From contig JALDTO010000158.1 in the NCBI GenBank assembly GCA_023515725.1, forward strand, positions 124,001-188,000: a DNA stretch of 64,000 bases, given 5' to 3'. The notes beneath the pieces are model-generated. The model worked only from the letters and a program-made list of their open reading frames with translations. It made no database searches and was not told the origin of the DNA. How positions within the stretch are numbered: position 1 is the stretch's first letter; each line of letters begins with the position of its first letter. Positions 26,084-38,732 of this stretch are shown here, piece by piece. This DNA comes from Amoeboaphelidium protococcarum X5 (Eukaryota; Fungi; Aphelidiomycota). Position numbers and translations under genes: made by a program.

Positions 26084-26896
26084 TCACCAAGCACTGGCAG
26101 CAGCAGGCTGTGCATCCCAAGATGATTCTTGTGGAGCAGCGTCAACAGGAGCATCCCAGTTCAAACCTTGAGTGGTATCCTCACCCCATTGCTCACCCGC
26201 AGCACCGGCATCTTCTCCATCAACACCGCCAGCAAGTTCTCTAGCAGCTGCGGCAGCATTAGCCTAATCCTCTTCAACTTCCTCCGGATCACGGTAGAAG
26301 AACAGATCCACCATGACATTCCAAGGCTCATCACGACTGATGGTACCACGCAGACGCAACACCTCTCTAGCCAACAGCCAGTACATCAAACCGATAGAGT
26401 ACTTTGCCTTGTTGTTAGTCGGGATAGCCACATCGACAAATTTCAAAGGACTGTCCGTGTCGCAGAGAGCAATGACTGGAATGTTGACGTAGCTAGCCTC
26501 TTTGATTGCCTGGTGGTCAGTTCTAGGATCAGTGACAATAATCAGACGCGGCTCCTTGAATGCACGAGTGATGTAGTTGGTAAAGGTACCAGGAGTGAAT
26601 CTTCCAGCAATTGCCTGAGCGCCAATGTTGTTGGCAAACTTCAAAGCAGCACGTTGACCATAAGGACGAGCACTAATCACACAAATGTCAGCAGGATTCT
26701 CCACAGCAGCAATGATACGCGCAGCCAGCACCATCTTCTCCCAGGTCTTCCTCAAGTTGATCAAATGGATGCCGTCAGCACGGCGCTTCCACACGTAATT
26801 TTCCATCTTGGAATCCACATTCTTTGTTCCCAGATGACACTGTGCTGCCAACAGCAATTGAATATCTTCCTCAGTATAATTTAGTGCGTTGGTCAT
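26084..26896 (-). CDS. RPS0: 40S ribosomal protein uS2 (S0/SA), copy 2
   Basis: Same protein as copy 1 plus 4 residues (QWGE) in the acidic tail. Confidence 0.95.
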
Positions 26897-27646
26897 CTTT
26901 TAAAATTGCTCAATTATTGCTGAAGTCTATAAAGTGCGACTATTCTCGAGCGTATTAAAATTTTACTTATTTCCACTAATGATTTTTCTAAAGTAAAGTT
27001 TGGACGCTTCCTATTGGTCAAAATTTGAACGAAAATCTGCATAATGATCTAACCTTAACCTTACGCGTTCCCTACCAATCAGTCCTTTGTTTCAGACTCA
27101 GTTTATTCTACGCGTCTATTCTGAAATTTTTGAATCTAATCGTGCTAATATAATTTTCTTAACGGATATTGGCAATACACCTTCATCATTGTCAATAACT
27201 GTTTTTAGGTTGAATTACAATAGCTTCTGCTGTTTCAGGCTGATTTATATTTGCAAATCTTGTGAAACGGCCACAATTGGATGAAGTGCAAAGAACTCAA
27301 ATTATAAATTCAAAGTCAACTATGGATCAAGTATCATATATTAGCATATAAAATTCACTCAATTTCTGTGGAATCACCAGTTTCATCTAATGAATCGGTA
27401 ATTAGTGCTCTCTAGACCTGTCTGCTCCTAATCCGATTTCTAATAGGATATCAATAGTTCAAATATGATAAGATATGGAAGATAATCAAGTAAAGAATAT
27501 ATTGTAACCTTAAAAGTCCGAAAACTATCAAATCACATAATAATACCCCTTAACCTAACAATTCCGACGTCTGATATTCACATTCTACACTATAATCTAC
27601 CCCAAAAAGCTCATCACATTTTGACTACTCGGGCGTTCTTTTAAAA

Positions 27647-28500
27647 TCAGAGTCTTATACCAGTCAAATTCTCCAGACTCAGGAAATAGTTGAGACCCTC
27701 CAGCTTATGATGATCACACGTTGAAATCAACGTGTCGAGGAAGTACTTCAACGTGTCACAATCGATAAAGTGTAGTCTTTAACGAATTGTGCACGTATTC
27801 AATTCCCAATCAAAGTACGCAAGATACTTGAAAGTATCCGTCAAACTTTAAAAAGTCATCAAAGACTCAGAGAAGCCAGCGGCGTTATTCCAGAGTAGCG
27901 TTGCTTTCTTTGACGAAGGACACTTCTTCTAAACATCATCAACGAAATTCTCAAATTCCACCAGTCGCGTCAAGTATTTGGACAGCTTAACCTTGTGCAG
28001 GAACAAGTAATTGCTGATATCCACCGAGCGGTTAAGTCACCTCTATAACAACTTCTCCAAAACTGCCCAATGGCGTTACTTTGCAACATCCTTGTCTGTC
28101 ACTGAGCTAGGACTAACGCGTCCAGCGCCAAAGAACTCCAATTCACCAAAGTACTTTTCTTCCAGTCCAAAAACTTTGACTCCATTGACAGTGCAAAAGA
28201 AGCGGTCCTTCCTCTCAACCTTCAGACGCATTAGGAAGTATTTGATTCCATTCACCTTCACGTAAAGTTGCTCCTACTATAAGCCTGGATTTCTGGCAGA
28301 CCAAGGATTCAGTATCATCGTTTCCAACTAAGACATCTTGAGGCCAGATACTTCAACTTTCAAATGCTTCAACTCCTTGTAAAAATGCTCTACTGAGTAC
28401 CCGTAAAAGCAATCTGCTGGAGTATATGAATCTAAATACTATTAACAGCCCTATTCAAAATCTCTCAATTGAAATTATCCATTTATTTTATCAAAATATT
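27647..28500 (-). pseudogene. Hypothetical gene with an internal in-frame TGA (probable pseudogene)
   Basis: Protein-like frame on both sides of TGA at 28037-28039 (...LEKLLQR*LNRSVDISNYLF...); start not resolved. Confidence 0.4.
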
Positions 28501-28857
28501 TTTAGATAAAGACATAGTGCAACACTAGCTACTTCTTCTAAAGTTTTTTTATGACGCTTTTGCATTTAAATTATAGTTGAAAGTAGTTTGAATGGAACAA
28601 TTGACCAGACTACCGTTTAGTTTGTTTTCGTTGTTTGTCCTCACGACCTTATGATCCCGCACAACCGACTCAAAGTCTTAGATTATAGTCGTCTTTTCAA
28701 AATTTGATTTGAACCTCTGCCTCGTGTAATATCTGATTTATTTCCAGCTGATCGTATTATTCAAAAATACCAGTAAGATTGTTGTAAGAAGCGTTTCAAA
28801 CAATTCTGTACTGAATATTTTAATCACATTTCAATTTAACACGATTCATCATTTCAT

Positions 28858-31800
28858 TCACTTTATACTCTTCTGAGCGCTTTCATTTATTTCCTGTTAA
28901 CGCTTTAACGTCGGCTATACTGGAACACTAGAGTCCAATGAACCTCCAGAAGGAGTATCACCAAGAATAGTGTCCAACTTCAACTTCATCGCGTTGTATC
29001 CCTCTTCCAAATCGGCATTGTATTCTTCTTGATCGGCTCCAGAGTTCTGCTGACTCAATTTGACACCTCTGTAGCATAGACTGAACATGTCGCGAAACAA
29101 CTGCTTTAAATTCTCAATCTGCTCTTTCGGATACTTTTTGGCATTCTGTACGTTTTCAATAAACACCTGAGCAATCTCGAGGGGCCCTTTATTCACCTGT
29201 GGACGAAGTATTCCCTGCAATAGCAACTACAAATTCTTCAAATTTAATGGTCTCGCATCAACAGCCGACTACAATTTCTCGCATTTCTCAGCGATAGCCT
29301 CAGTAGACACCTCCAATGGATTCAAATCGACATCTTTAGTTGCTGAAATTAAAATTCTCTTCTTCAAGTACGGGAAAGTCTTTTCGGTAATCAGCACAGT
29401 CTTCTTCTTGCACTAGACATCCACCTCTCCTCTAGAACTACCACCCACAGTATATGGCATGTCAAAATAGAATTGATTCACGTTGGTCATACGGTCAAAG
29501 TACGAGATTCGCTCCTTCAACTCGGCGGATGTAAAGTATGGCTCTACAAACACGACTGCCAGGTACGCCTTCTTGGGATTTAGCTTCTTTAAATCCAGCT
29601 TAGCAGAGTCATTGATCAACTCAAAATCGTCGCCAAACTTCTTCTTGTACAGCTCACTTAGTCTGTTTACGATTTCACTTAACTGCGTGACAGATCTCTC
29701 CTTGTAAATGTAACTCTATCCATTCATATTGCCAAACTACTACCCGTAGAAGGAAACTTTGAAAAATGTAGCCAGCACTCTCTTTCCCAAAGTTGCCACC
29801 AGAGAATCATAGCAGTCTTTAATCTACGCATAGCACTCTGACAACTTCTCATAATTGCGCGCTTTCTCGTATATTATCACCAAAATCTTGTGGACTTCCA
29901 CAGCAATTTCATGTGAATTTCCTTTTCTCAAGTAGCCAATAGCACTCTACATCAATCTAATAAATCCTGCAACAGAAAAGTCGCTACTCTAACATAGACC
30001 TTCCTCCTCAAGATTACCTTCTGGCAGAAGCGGCTCAGAATCATTAAAACTCGAGTAACAGCTCTTGTACAACTTGAGAGCTTATGGAGTACCGGCAACA
30101 ATACCTTTTCTCTTCAAAAACTCACCAACGATAGCAGCGCAGAAAATCTTGCACAGACCAGCTTCAGTAAACTAACTTCTAGTTGCATGGCTCACGGCAA
30201 GAGATTCCAGTACAGTGAGTCTAATATCCGGAATGCCAACGTAACTCTATGCCAACTTGTAGTACATATCCTCCTGCATCTCAGGGTCATCCCTGTGCAT
30301 CTAAAGTCTGACATTATCTTTCAAGATATTCACATATGTAATCACACAATCACTTATCATCTTGCTCAAAGTCTTTGGCGCCTGAGAGTCTTTCTAAGCA
30401 TAAGCATTGATGGCCAGTAGACCAATCTTCAAATTTTACGGATTCTGAGGCGTGAACTTGGAGAGAGCAACAGTCAAATGGACTCTGCTCTTGTTCAGAT
30501 TGGTCTTGGTCTCATACAGATTAAATTTCATCACGGCGTAGATCAACTCTGCGGCCAAATTGCGAATCTTGACGTCCTTGTAGGCCAGATAGAATATAAG
30601 CGACTCACACAGAGACCCCATACACTGATTGTCGCTGAGAATCTACTTGGAAAAGTTTTAAGAAATTCTTCCAATCAGCTTCAAAATTCTTGACGCATTC
30701 AGAGTGCTTTGGGTTGCCAGAGACAGAGCCACAGCAGTTTTGGTAAGAAGAAGCACTTGGTCCACCTTGATTTACTTTCTAGCATCCAACTGGCGTAAAT
30801 GATCGTGATAATCACTTAGGAAGTGTAGGATTACAAGAGAAGATTCATGAGCCTGTTGGGCACACAATTTCAACTCTTATGGACTGATTGACACAGCAGT
30901 CACCTACTCGGTATCATTGACACTATTCATTCGCTGAGTGTTCGCCTTATAAGTATTCTTATTCGCCAATTACTGACGCAAAGTTCCGCGCATTTCTCTC
31001 AGATTACCAGCACCGGATGCTTTATAGGCATTTTCAATGTACTTCAATGCATTGTCTTTAGAAACTTTGGTTGGGCTTTGCAAAGACTTTGTCATATCTT
31101 CAACATAGGAAGCCTTCCCTTGATACTTTAAAGACTCCACAGCAGCAGATACAACTTTGAAAAATGAATCTCGTTACAAATCATCCTTCTCCGTAACTCT
31201 CAACAACAACTTTCGATCGGCATACTTGATCACAAAGGTCAAGGCCAGCATCATCAACTTGGTCTCCCCAACTTGATACTTAGCCGTAGTGTTATCACCT
31301 GACAACTTGTGTGCATTATCACACAAAATGCCTACGTATGGGAGAAACAGCGAGAAGTTCCTGCATAGAGCATCAGTAACGGCCGAATAACGCTGATCAG
31401 TCTCCAGCTTGTAAAAGACTTTCAACATGCACTCGATGGAGCGTTGGCGTATTTCAGTGCTAGACGTTTTCAAAGCTACAGCAACCTCATGCAGAAGAAG
31501 CTACGAATAGAAATGACTGCACCCCTGATATCCAACATCCAAAGGCTCAGGCAAATTCAGGAACCATGCAAATTCAAATGCAAATATGATGGATAGGTAG
31601 TCAAACTTCAGGTTGACCATAACAGGCGCATCTACAGGGAATCCTTGAACATGACGCGATATCCATCCAAAGACTTGGTCCACAGGATAACATGATAACA
31701 TCTTATTACAAAACGACGCAAGACTTTCATTCATATCTTTCGCAATATTCAATCCAGACTTGGCAAGCTTATAAATATCTTGAGAAATATCGCCAATGAG

Positions 31801-34162
31801 AATGTCAAGCTGTGATACAAACTCCTTGCTGTATAACTTTTAGCGGTCAGTAAATCCAACAGATCCCTTATTGGATCCATTCACATGCAAAAAGGCCAAC
31901 TTATGCAGTAATTCTAGTAAGAACCACGCATATTTAGTACCAATTCTACCAATTTAATCATCATCGGAATTGATGGCAGTCCATTAAGACACCAACACCT
32001 CATGGGCAAGATTAATTGACCAATCCTTCTTAATTTTAGCGTGACACTTCAAGTAGGCAACAACAATCGGATGCCTCTTTAAAGAGTCTCCATGAATAGA
32101 CGAGGTGGATGCGATTAAACCCCTAAAAGCCTGCTTTAACAATACTGCATTAGAGCTATTGCACATCAATCCCAAAAGACTCTCAGTGATCACTGGCCAA
32201 AAGTAGGCGATTGACATGGGGCTCACATTGCTCAAATCTCTTATTCCATTAGTCAGATCAGTTTCCGAGACGTCAATCTTCTAATTCAAAGCCTTGAATA
32301 ACTGAACAAGTCTAGGTTCCTAAGGAAAAAAGTATGAGTTCAACTTGATATCGACAGAAAAACAAGGCTTTCCATTATCCAACAGTTTAATCTCTGCACC
32401 TTATAGATACTTGTCAGGTAGAGACAGATATAACGGCATCTCGTGGCGCCCATCACCAATAAAGAGATCATTGACAAAAACAGGTAGAACAGCATACGCA
32501 AAAGCGGCATCATCCTTCTTATGCGTATAGGAGATATGATAAAACGTGAACAACAAATGGACATCTTTATGCAGATGCAACGGGAGAGCGACTTTAATCT
32601 CATCCGCAAAAGCAGGTTGTCTATCATGATAATTGATCACGCTAGTATACTAGTGAGACACATTGTCCTTTTCCATGATAAATGTCTCGACCACTTGAGA
32701 TTAAGTCAAATCATTAGATTTCAGTTCTACTTTGACAGCGACATTCTTCCAGCTAGAATTCGCCTTGGAGATATTCAACGACTTTAGCCAGCAGTACATG
32801 TGATGTTTAACTTGCAATGACACATTAAAAGGATTATTTGAAATTTCCTCTAATTAAAATACACTCTGATCCTTCTTCACTTATGATGGATCAATTTCCT
32901 GCACAGAGATAGTCAGAGCTAATGGGATAGTCTTCAACTTCAACTTGGAATTTTTAGAGCGCACTTGAAAGGCCATAGAGGTGAGGTCTTCATCTGAATT
33001 CTTTTCATCTGAACGAAATAGCTAATCAGTCGCCAATAACAGCGGCTTATCCTCTGGTAAAACTTCTTCAAACATATAGACAGGGCACCATCCAAATGGC
33101 TGCATATAATTTCTAACTGCTTCTCCCTTCTGCTACTTACCTTTGGAATAAGTTTCTACCCAAGATGACAACTCACCTTCAAAAGGCTTGTACAAGCGAA
33201 CAATCATGATCGTCTCAGCATTGGTCACACTAAGAGATGCGACACATTGTGGTGGCTGAGAATTAAGTTCAAACTTGAAAGCTTCAGACACCCTCTGCAT
33301 AGTGTTGGTGTTCAGAAAATACAACTCACCAGTCACTTGACAGCCTGGTCCATAGCCTTGCCACTTGTAGTCTTGTATACTAATAATAAAATTTCTAGCC
33401 TTCTTAGCAGAAGCATCAGATTTATCCGCAGCATCTCCTGATCTTGAATCGAAGTAATCCTCCGTATTGCTACCATAAAGATCAATGAGCTTCATTCTTG
33501 GCAACTTGGTATAGTCAAACTTCAACTCTTTATCAATAATCTCATTCTCAAATCTTTCGTGAGGATCCAATGTCACCTTCTCCAAAGCATTTTCGTCAAT
33601 GAATGAAGATGCTCGCTTCTATTACTTACTATCGTCAACAACCAGGCTAGCTGGCTTAGCAAACATATCCTACAGAGATGGTTTAACATTCTTACTTTCA
33701 GTAGAGTTGGACGACGCATCATCAGGCTGCAGATCCACCTCATACTATGCATCTTCTGGGAACTTCAATGAGTTGGCATTCGCAGCCAGCGGATACTTTC
33801 CAAACTTTTCATTACGCCTTTTAATAGAAACTCTCTCACTGATCAGATACGAGTAAACGTCCTTGGCAGGTTGAGGTAAATCAGACTTCTGACTAGCAGA
33901 AACATGTTTAGGCAGCAAATTTCTTGGCGCAGGTGTAGTCTCCACCAAAATGTCTTCATTGAATTTTATCAGTGGATCCTTTTCAAATTCACGACCATAC
34001 TTTTTATAGTCCTCTTCAAAACGAATAACAGGAAGCCCCTACAGTATAACCCAGAAATTATAGTTAAAATAAAGTTGTAAAAATAACAATGAGAGAAATA
34101 TTTACCTTATCTAGCCTGTTGGCAGACTTTACAAGTTCTTTAGATGTGTGTTCCACAGGCAT
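28858..34162 (-). CDS. DOCK-family Rho GEF, DOCK-C/D (zizimin-like) type
   Basis: DHR-1 YHDRQPAFADEIKVALPLHLHKDVHLLFTFYHIS; DHR-2 FFKVSFYG, LQLLLQGILRPQVNKGPLEIAQVF; no N-terminal SH3 seen; 5' intron ~34041-34105. Confidence 0.88.
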
Positions 34163-34621
34163 ACTTATTAAATGGTGAATGGATGGATGGATGGATAGTA
34201 AGAGTCCGATCTTTCAGAGCAACAACAATCAAACTGTCAACAAAGAAGGAATGCTGCTGAAACAATTGCGGGCGAAGAGATGAAGTGAAACAATGAAGAG
34301 TTTCAAGATCAACAAGATCTTCGTGGCGTAAATCTTTCGGATGGATTTAAACACGGAAAAATTATTGAAAATTATATTCTTGAAGTTATCAAGTCAAAAT
34401 GTTTGTACGGATTATATTTTTCTTATATGGCTCTTCATATACTACGTAAGAGCTGCATTTTGATAGACTCTAGTTATAGAAGCTGTTGCCATCTTGAATC
34501 TCTGTCATGGCAACGAGCCGTTTCTTAAAGAGATTCTAATAATGAGCATACATTTCAACTGTGTATATTTTCTACTCCATATTCATATTCATAATCAACG
34601 GTGGTGTAAGATAAGTGACAA

Positions 34622-36766
34622 ATGGCTCAGAATAATTAGCTGACTGATGATCAAATCAGACTATATCTGCACGAATTTAAAAAGGTTGATACTAACAGTG
34701 ATGGGTTCATCTCCAGGGATGAGTTGTACATTTTGCTGGACGACGTCAAGCTGGTCAATGATCCCGACCTGCTCGTGGCTGCTCTGAAACAACTGAAAAT
34801 GGACAAAGATTTGATTAACAAGACTGAGGTGTTGTAGTTGTGTAAATTTTTGTTAAATCGCAAGGTGAAGAAGCAGGCTGACATTCAGGATAGTGGTAAT
34901 TTCAATAGTCTTTTCTTCTCTGCAGCCAATATCACCAACAGAGTGGTTAATTGGCTGGCACCAGAGCCTCAGGCAGAGTCAGCCTTTTTTAAGAATGATC
35001 AGTCAAAGATTCCACTGCATAGATAGTAGTCTATGATGAAGTAGAGTGCTGCAGCTGCAGCCAAGTCAGGTAATTCGATTGCTGATCCGGCTAACAGAAG
35101 AAAGTCTTATGTAGCAGAAGTCGTGGTAGAGATGGATGGCTCCAGTGACTCTATAGATGAGGATTCTGATTATGAGTATTATAGCTATTCTGAGGGAGAG
35201 TAAGAGACTCTAATTGACTCTGCGAATGCCAAGTCTAATGATTAGCGCAGAAAATCTGTTTAATCAGGATCTTAGCTGCGTCGTCCATCAGTATAGCCAA
35301 ATGCTGGCGTGTAAATCTAGCAATCATCCATTGTTGAGGAGAATAGTGATGATGATGATGATGATGACAAAAGTGATAAAGAGCTCCGCTTGTCTCAGCA
35401 ATCACATCCACCTTAGTAAAAGAATTCATCATCCCTTCCGTCCAAAAATGCATATGAGGAAGACAAGATTGTTGTTTAAAAGTCGGCTCCAATTGATAGT
35501 ACAGTAGTTTCAGTGTCTCAGAGAGGAAGTGTTTCCGAACAAGAACGTGCCGCCAAAGTTGAACGTGAACGTTAAAGGCGCGAGAAGGAGAATTATGGCG
35601 CTATCAAAGGTCGTGGTAGAAGCAAATACTAGCGCGTTCAAAATCAGGGATAAATTGGGTATGTTGGTCAGCCTGGTATTAGACACAGAGATGGTGCCGG
35701 GTTTCGCCCAAATTATGCTATAGCTTAGAAATCTGCGGTAAATCCTTACATGCCGTAACCGTATGCCCAATAAAAGAATATGAAGGGTGCTGCTGGTAAT
35801 GCAACAACTGCTTTGCGTGATCCAAAGGTAAGAAAGCAATTGGCCGGCATCAAGACTTACCGACCGTACTTTCTCCAGTTGGTTACTATCATCCAGGTAC
35901 TTGTTATGGCGTATGAGATTTACTTTAACAGCGGTTTTGCACCTGTTACAGATAATCCGTTCCTGGGTCCATCATCACTAAGTCTAATCTAAATGGGAGG
36001 TAAGTACGGACCGTGCATGAGAAATTAAATTGGCTCCACTAATGACTTCTATACTAGCTGTGCTAGAGGCTATCCATCAACCAGTCCTCGTGCGCAGAAT
36101 GGTTCTTGTCTATACTTTGATAATCTGAATTATATTTGCGGATTGGGGGGATTTGCTAATAAATAGCAGCCTGATCAGGCATTCAGATTCTTTACTCCTA
36201 TGTTCTTACATACGGGTCTCTTGCATTTGGCTTTTAACTTGATCATCTAAACTAGGACGGGGTTTGAAATGGAGAAGCAATTGGGCTCGTTCAGAATGGC
36301 ACTTATTTACGTTATTTCTGGTGTTGGTGGTAATCTTGTGGCCGCCATTTTAAATCCCAATAGCGTAACTGTTGGTGCAAATGGTGCAATGTATGGAATA
36401 TTCGCTCTTTTATATTTAGATTTGGTACAAAATTGGCCTATTCTTGTGAATCCGTACAAGAATTTGTTGATATTGAGCGTCACAGTAGTGATTGCTCTTA
36501 CTATAGGCCTCTTACCTTTCATTGATAACTATGCTCATATAGGTGGATTTCTTAGCGGCACGTTGGCTGGTCTCATCTTTATGCCCAAGATTACATTTGG
36601 CACGTGGGATCGTAGGCGGAAATTACTACTTACTCTAGTGTCATTCCCTATCCTAGCAATGCTCTTATTCTTGGGGTTCTATCAGTTCTACACGGACCCA
36701 TCGTTTAAATGTTCATGGTGTGTCTGGCTAGACTGTGTGCCTCCTACAGCAAACTGGTGTAAATGA
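34622..36766 (+). CDS. EF-hand + rhomboid-family membrane protein lacking the catalytic Ser
   Basis: N-terminal DTNSDGFISRDE; Cys-rich loop (GPCM...CG); FLHTGLLHLAFN; VGANGAMYG; AHIGGF; 715 codons, single exon. Confidence 0.85.
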
Positions 36767-36894
36767 ATATTGAATGAATAATACGCGTACTCTGATATTA
36801 TCCGAACCCTATGTATTTCAAAAAATTTCTTATAGAAGCTTCATGACTATACATACATCCATAGTGGGCAGGCAACATTATTATTTACAATTTG

Positions 36895-38241
36895 TCAAAA
36901 TTCAACAGTCTTGACGCTCAAGTCTTGCAGATTCAGCAAGACGATTTGATGAGTTGAGGCGAAGTCAGGCACTAGAATGACACGACATTTCCCAGAGCCA
37001 TCTTAAGCTTCAACGAGTTTGGTACCAAATTGAGGTTGATTTCCAATAAAGAACACGTTTGGTACTCCAAGAGTGCCATCCTGATTACCACCAATTAAGG
37101 CAAAAGGGTCAGAGTCGACATATGGATAACAGCATAAAGTGTCAGGGCTTGAAGGCGCAATGTGCCTCCAGTCAAGCATTCTACTGGCAATATTCAATCT
37201 ATCAACTGTCGTGGAGACGCCATCTTCCTTCAGAGGCACATAATGGCACAGATCGTCCAAATTCTAGCCAGACGTACCTAAAAACTTGACTCCCTCAACA
37301 TTAAATGCACTTGGGTTAGTTCTACAGTCCACATTCTCAAGCATTTATCCTTTCCTCTTCAAATCCTGGTCCAAGAGCATTCCTTTGTGAATGGGCTTCT
37401 GCGGTAAGAGATAAGTCGTCGGATCACATGCACCAGGCATGACATCAACCTAAACAACTTGGTTCAACTCACGCAAGAACTGCTGGAACTTGGACAAGGC
37501 AAAACTCATATTATCGCCATCTCTCAACTATTGTCTGTTCTGTGCAAAAGAATTACCTGCAATAATCAGTCTAGATATACTGGACACATCTTGAACGTCA
37601 GAGTCATTACAGAGCAAATTGCCGCAGATATAATCGCGTAAGAGGAAGCGTTCATAATCACTAGCTCCAGCCATAGATAGACCAGACGCAAGAGCAATAT
37701 ATACTGGTTTCTCTTTGATAACAGCAGGTAGTGGTGGTACATCTCTCAGCGAAGGGAATATTACACTGTCCACAGTGAACACTCCACTCTCCCGCTCACT
37801 GCCAACCAGTGCACATACAAGACCGGTGACAAATAGCTACTTCTTCACTTCATCACCTTGTAGCACTATTCTGCCAGACAAATCTTCCAGAGTAGCCACA
37901 TCTCTATCACTAGAATAACTCACCTGTGCCAAACTGGGAATACCAATTTGATTCTCTTCAGCCAGCTCAGTGAGAACATTCGGCTTCAAAGGCATATCCA
38001 GGTAGCAAGTGCCCACGATAATACATTTCTCATTCTATATAACATCAGAGATTTTCTGCTTCAAAGAGATGCGTGACAGCTTAGAGTCAGATTATATATT
38101 CTCAAGCAGTAATGGTCGGAATATCTCCAAGCGACTCCAGTAAAGGGATGCATACTGCCGACCATAATCTCGTTTAGAAGGCATGAACCCATCAATGTTA
38201 TAGCTTTAAACTCCCACCACAGGTCGATGCGTTAAAGTCAT
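36895..38241 (-). CDS. POL31: DNA polymerase delta subunit 2
   Basis: QYASLYWSRL, LEDLSGRI, RLIIAGNS, DVMPGACDPT, HIAPSSPDTLCCYPY, VFFIGNQP. Confidence 0.92.
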
Positions 38242-38369
38242 GATATCTTACTAAATAAGCGAGTGTTATAAGATAAATATTCAATTGACCAAGTATTTAT
38301 AACACTATCAGCGTTAAACTGAAAGTAAGTAACGTGGAGAAATAAGCAATACGCTTAGTGTGAAGTAAA

Positions 38370-38412
38370 GCGAAACGCGAAACAATTTCTGATCTGAATG
38401 AGCGACGCGTCC
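38370..38412. promoter_or_regulatory. Putative G1/S elements (CGCGAAA and ACGCGT) upstream of POLD2
   Basis: SCB-like and MCB-like words ~135-170 nt upstream of a replication gene; ACGCGT is common across the window, so support is weak. Confidence 0.3.
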
Positions 38413-38732
38413 CGTTCTGTCTCTCTTATCCTTCGCTTCCGGGGTCAAGAATTCTTTCCTTGGTCATCGGGCTGATAAAGCCCCAGGTTACTTATGCACA
38501 TCAGCTTCCACCATTAGATTGAGAATATGTTTGTCGGTAATACTCAATTCAAACAATTTTACTCAGTTTATGAAAATGTACATGTTTTTATACATCACAA
38601 ATCTTTTTTCTCCACTCTCAACATACCTCAGCGTTTCCTAATGGTGCTGCGCTATCTTGCGCCGATAGCGTTGTGAAACATCGAGGGAGCTCCCCTTTCT
38701 TAGAGCGTGAAAAACGGAAAATTGTTGGAACA

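Noticed and set aside
28037-28039. Selenocysteine codon
   Set aside because: No redox-motif context, no recognisable selenoprotein family and no evident SECIS.
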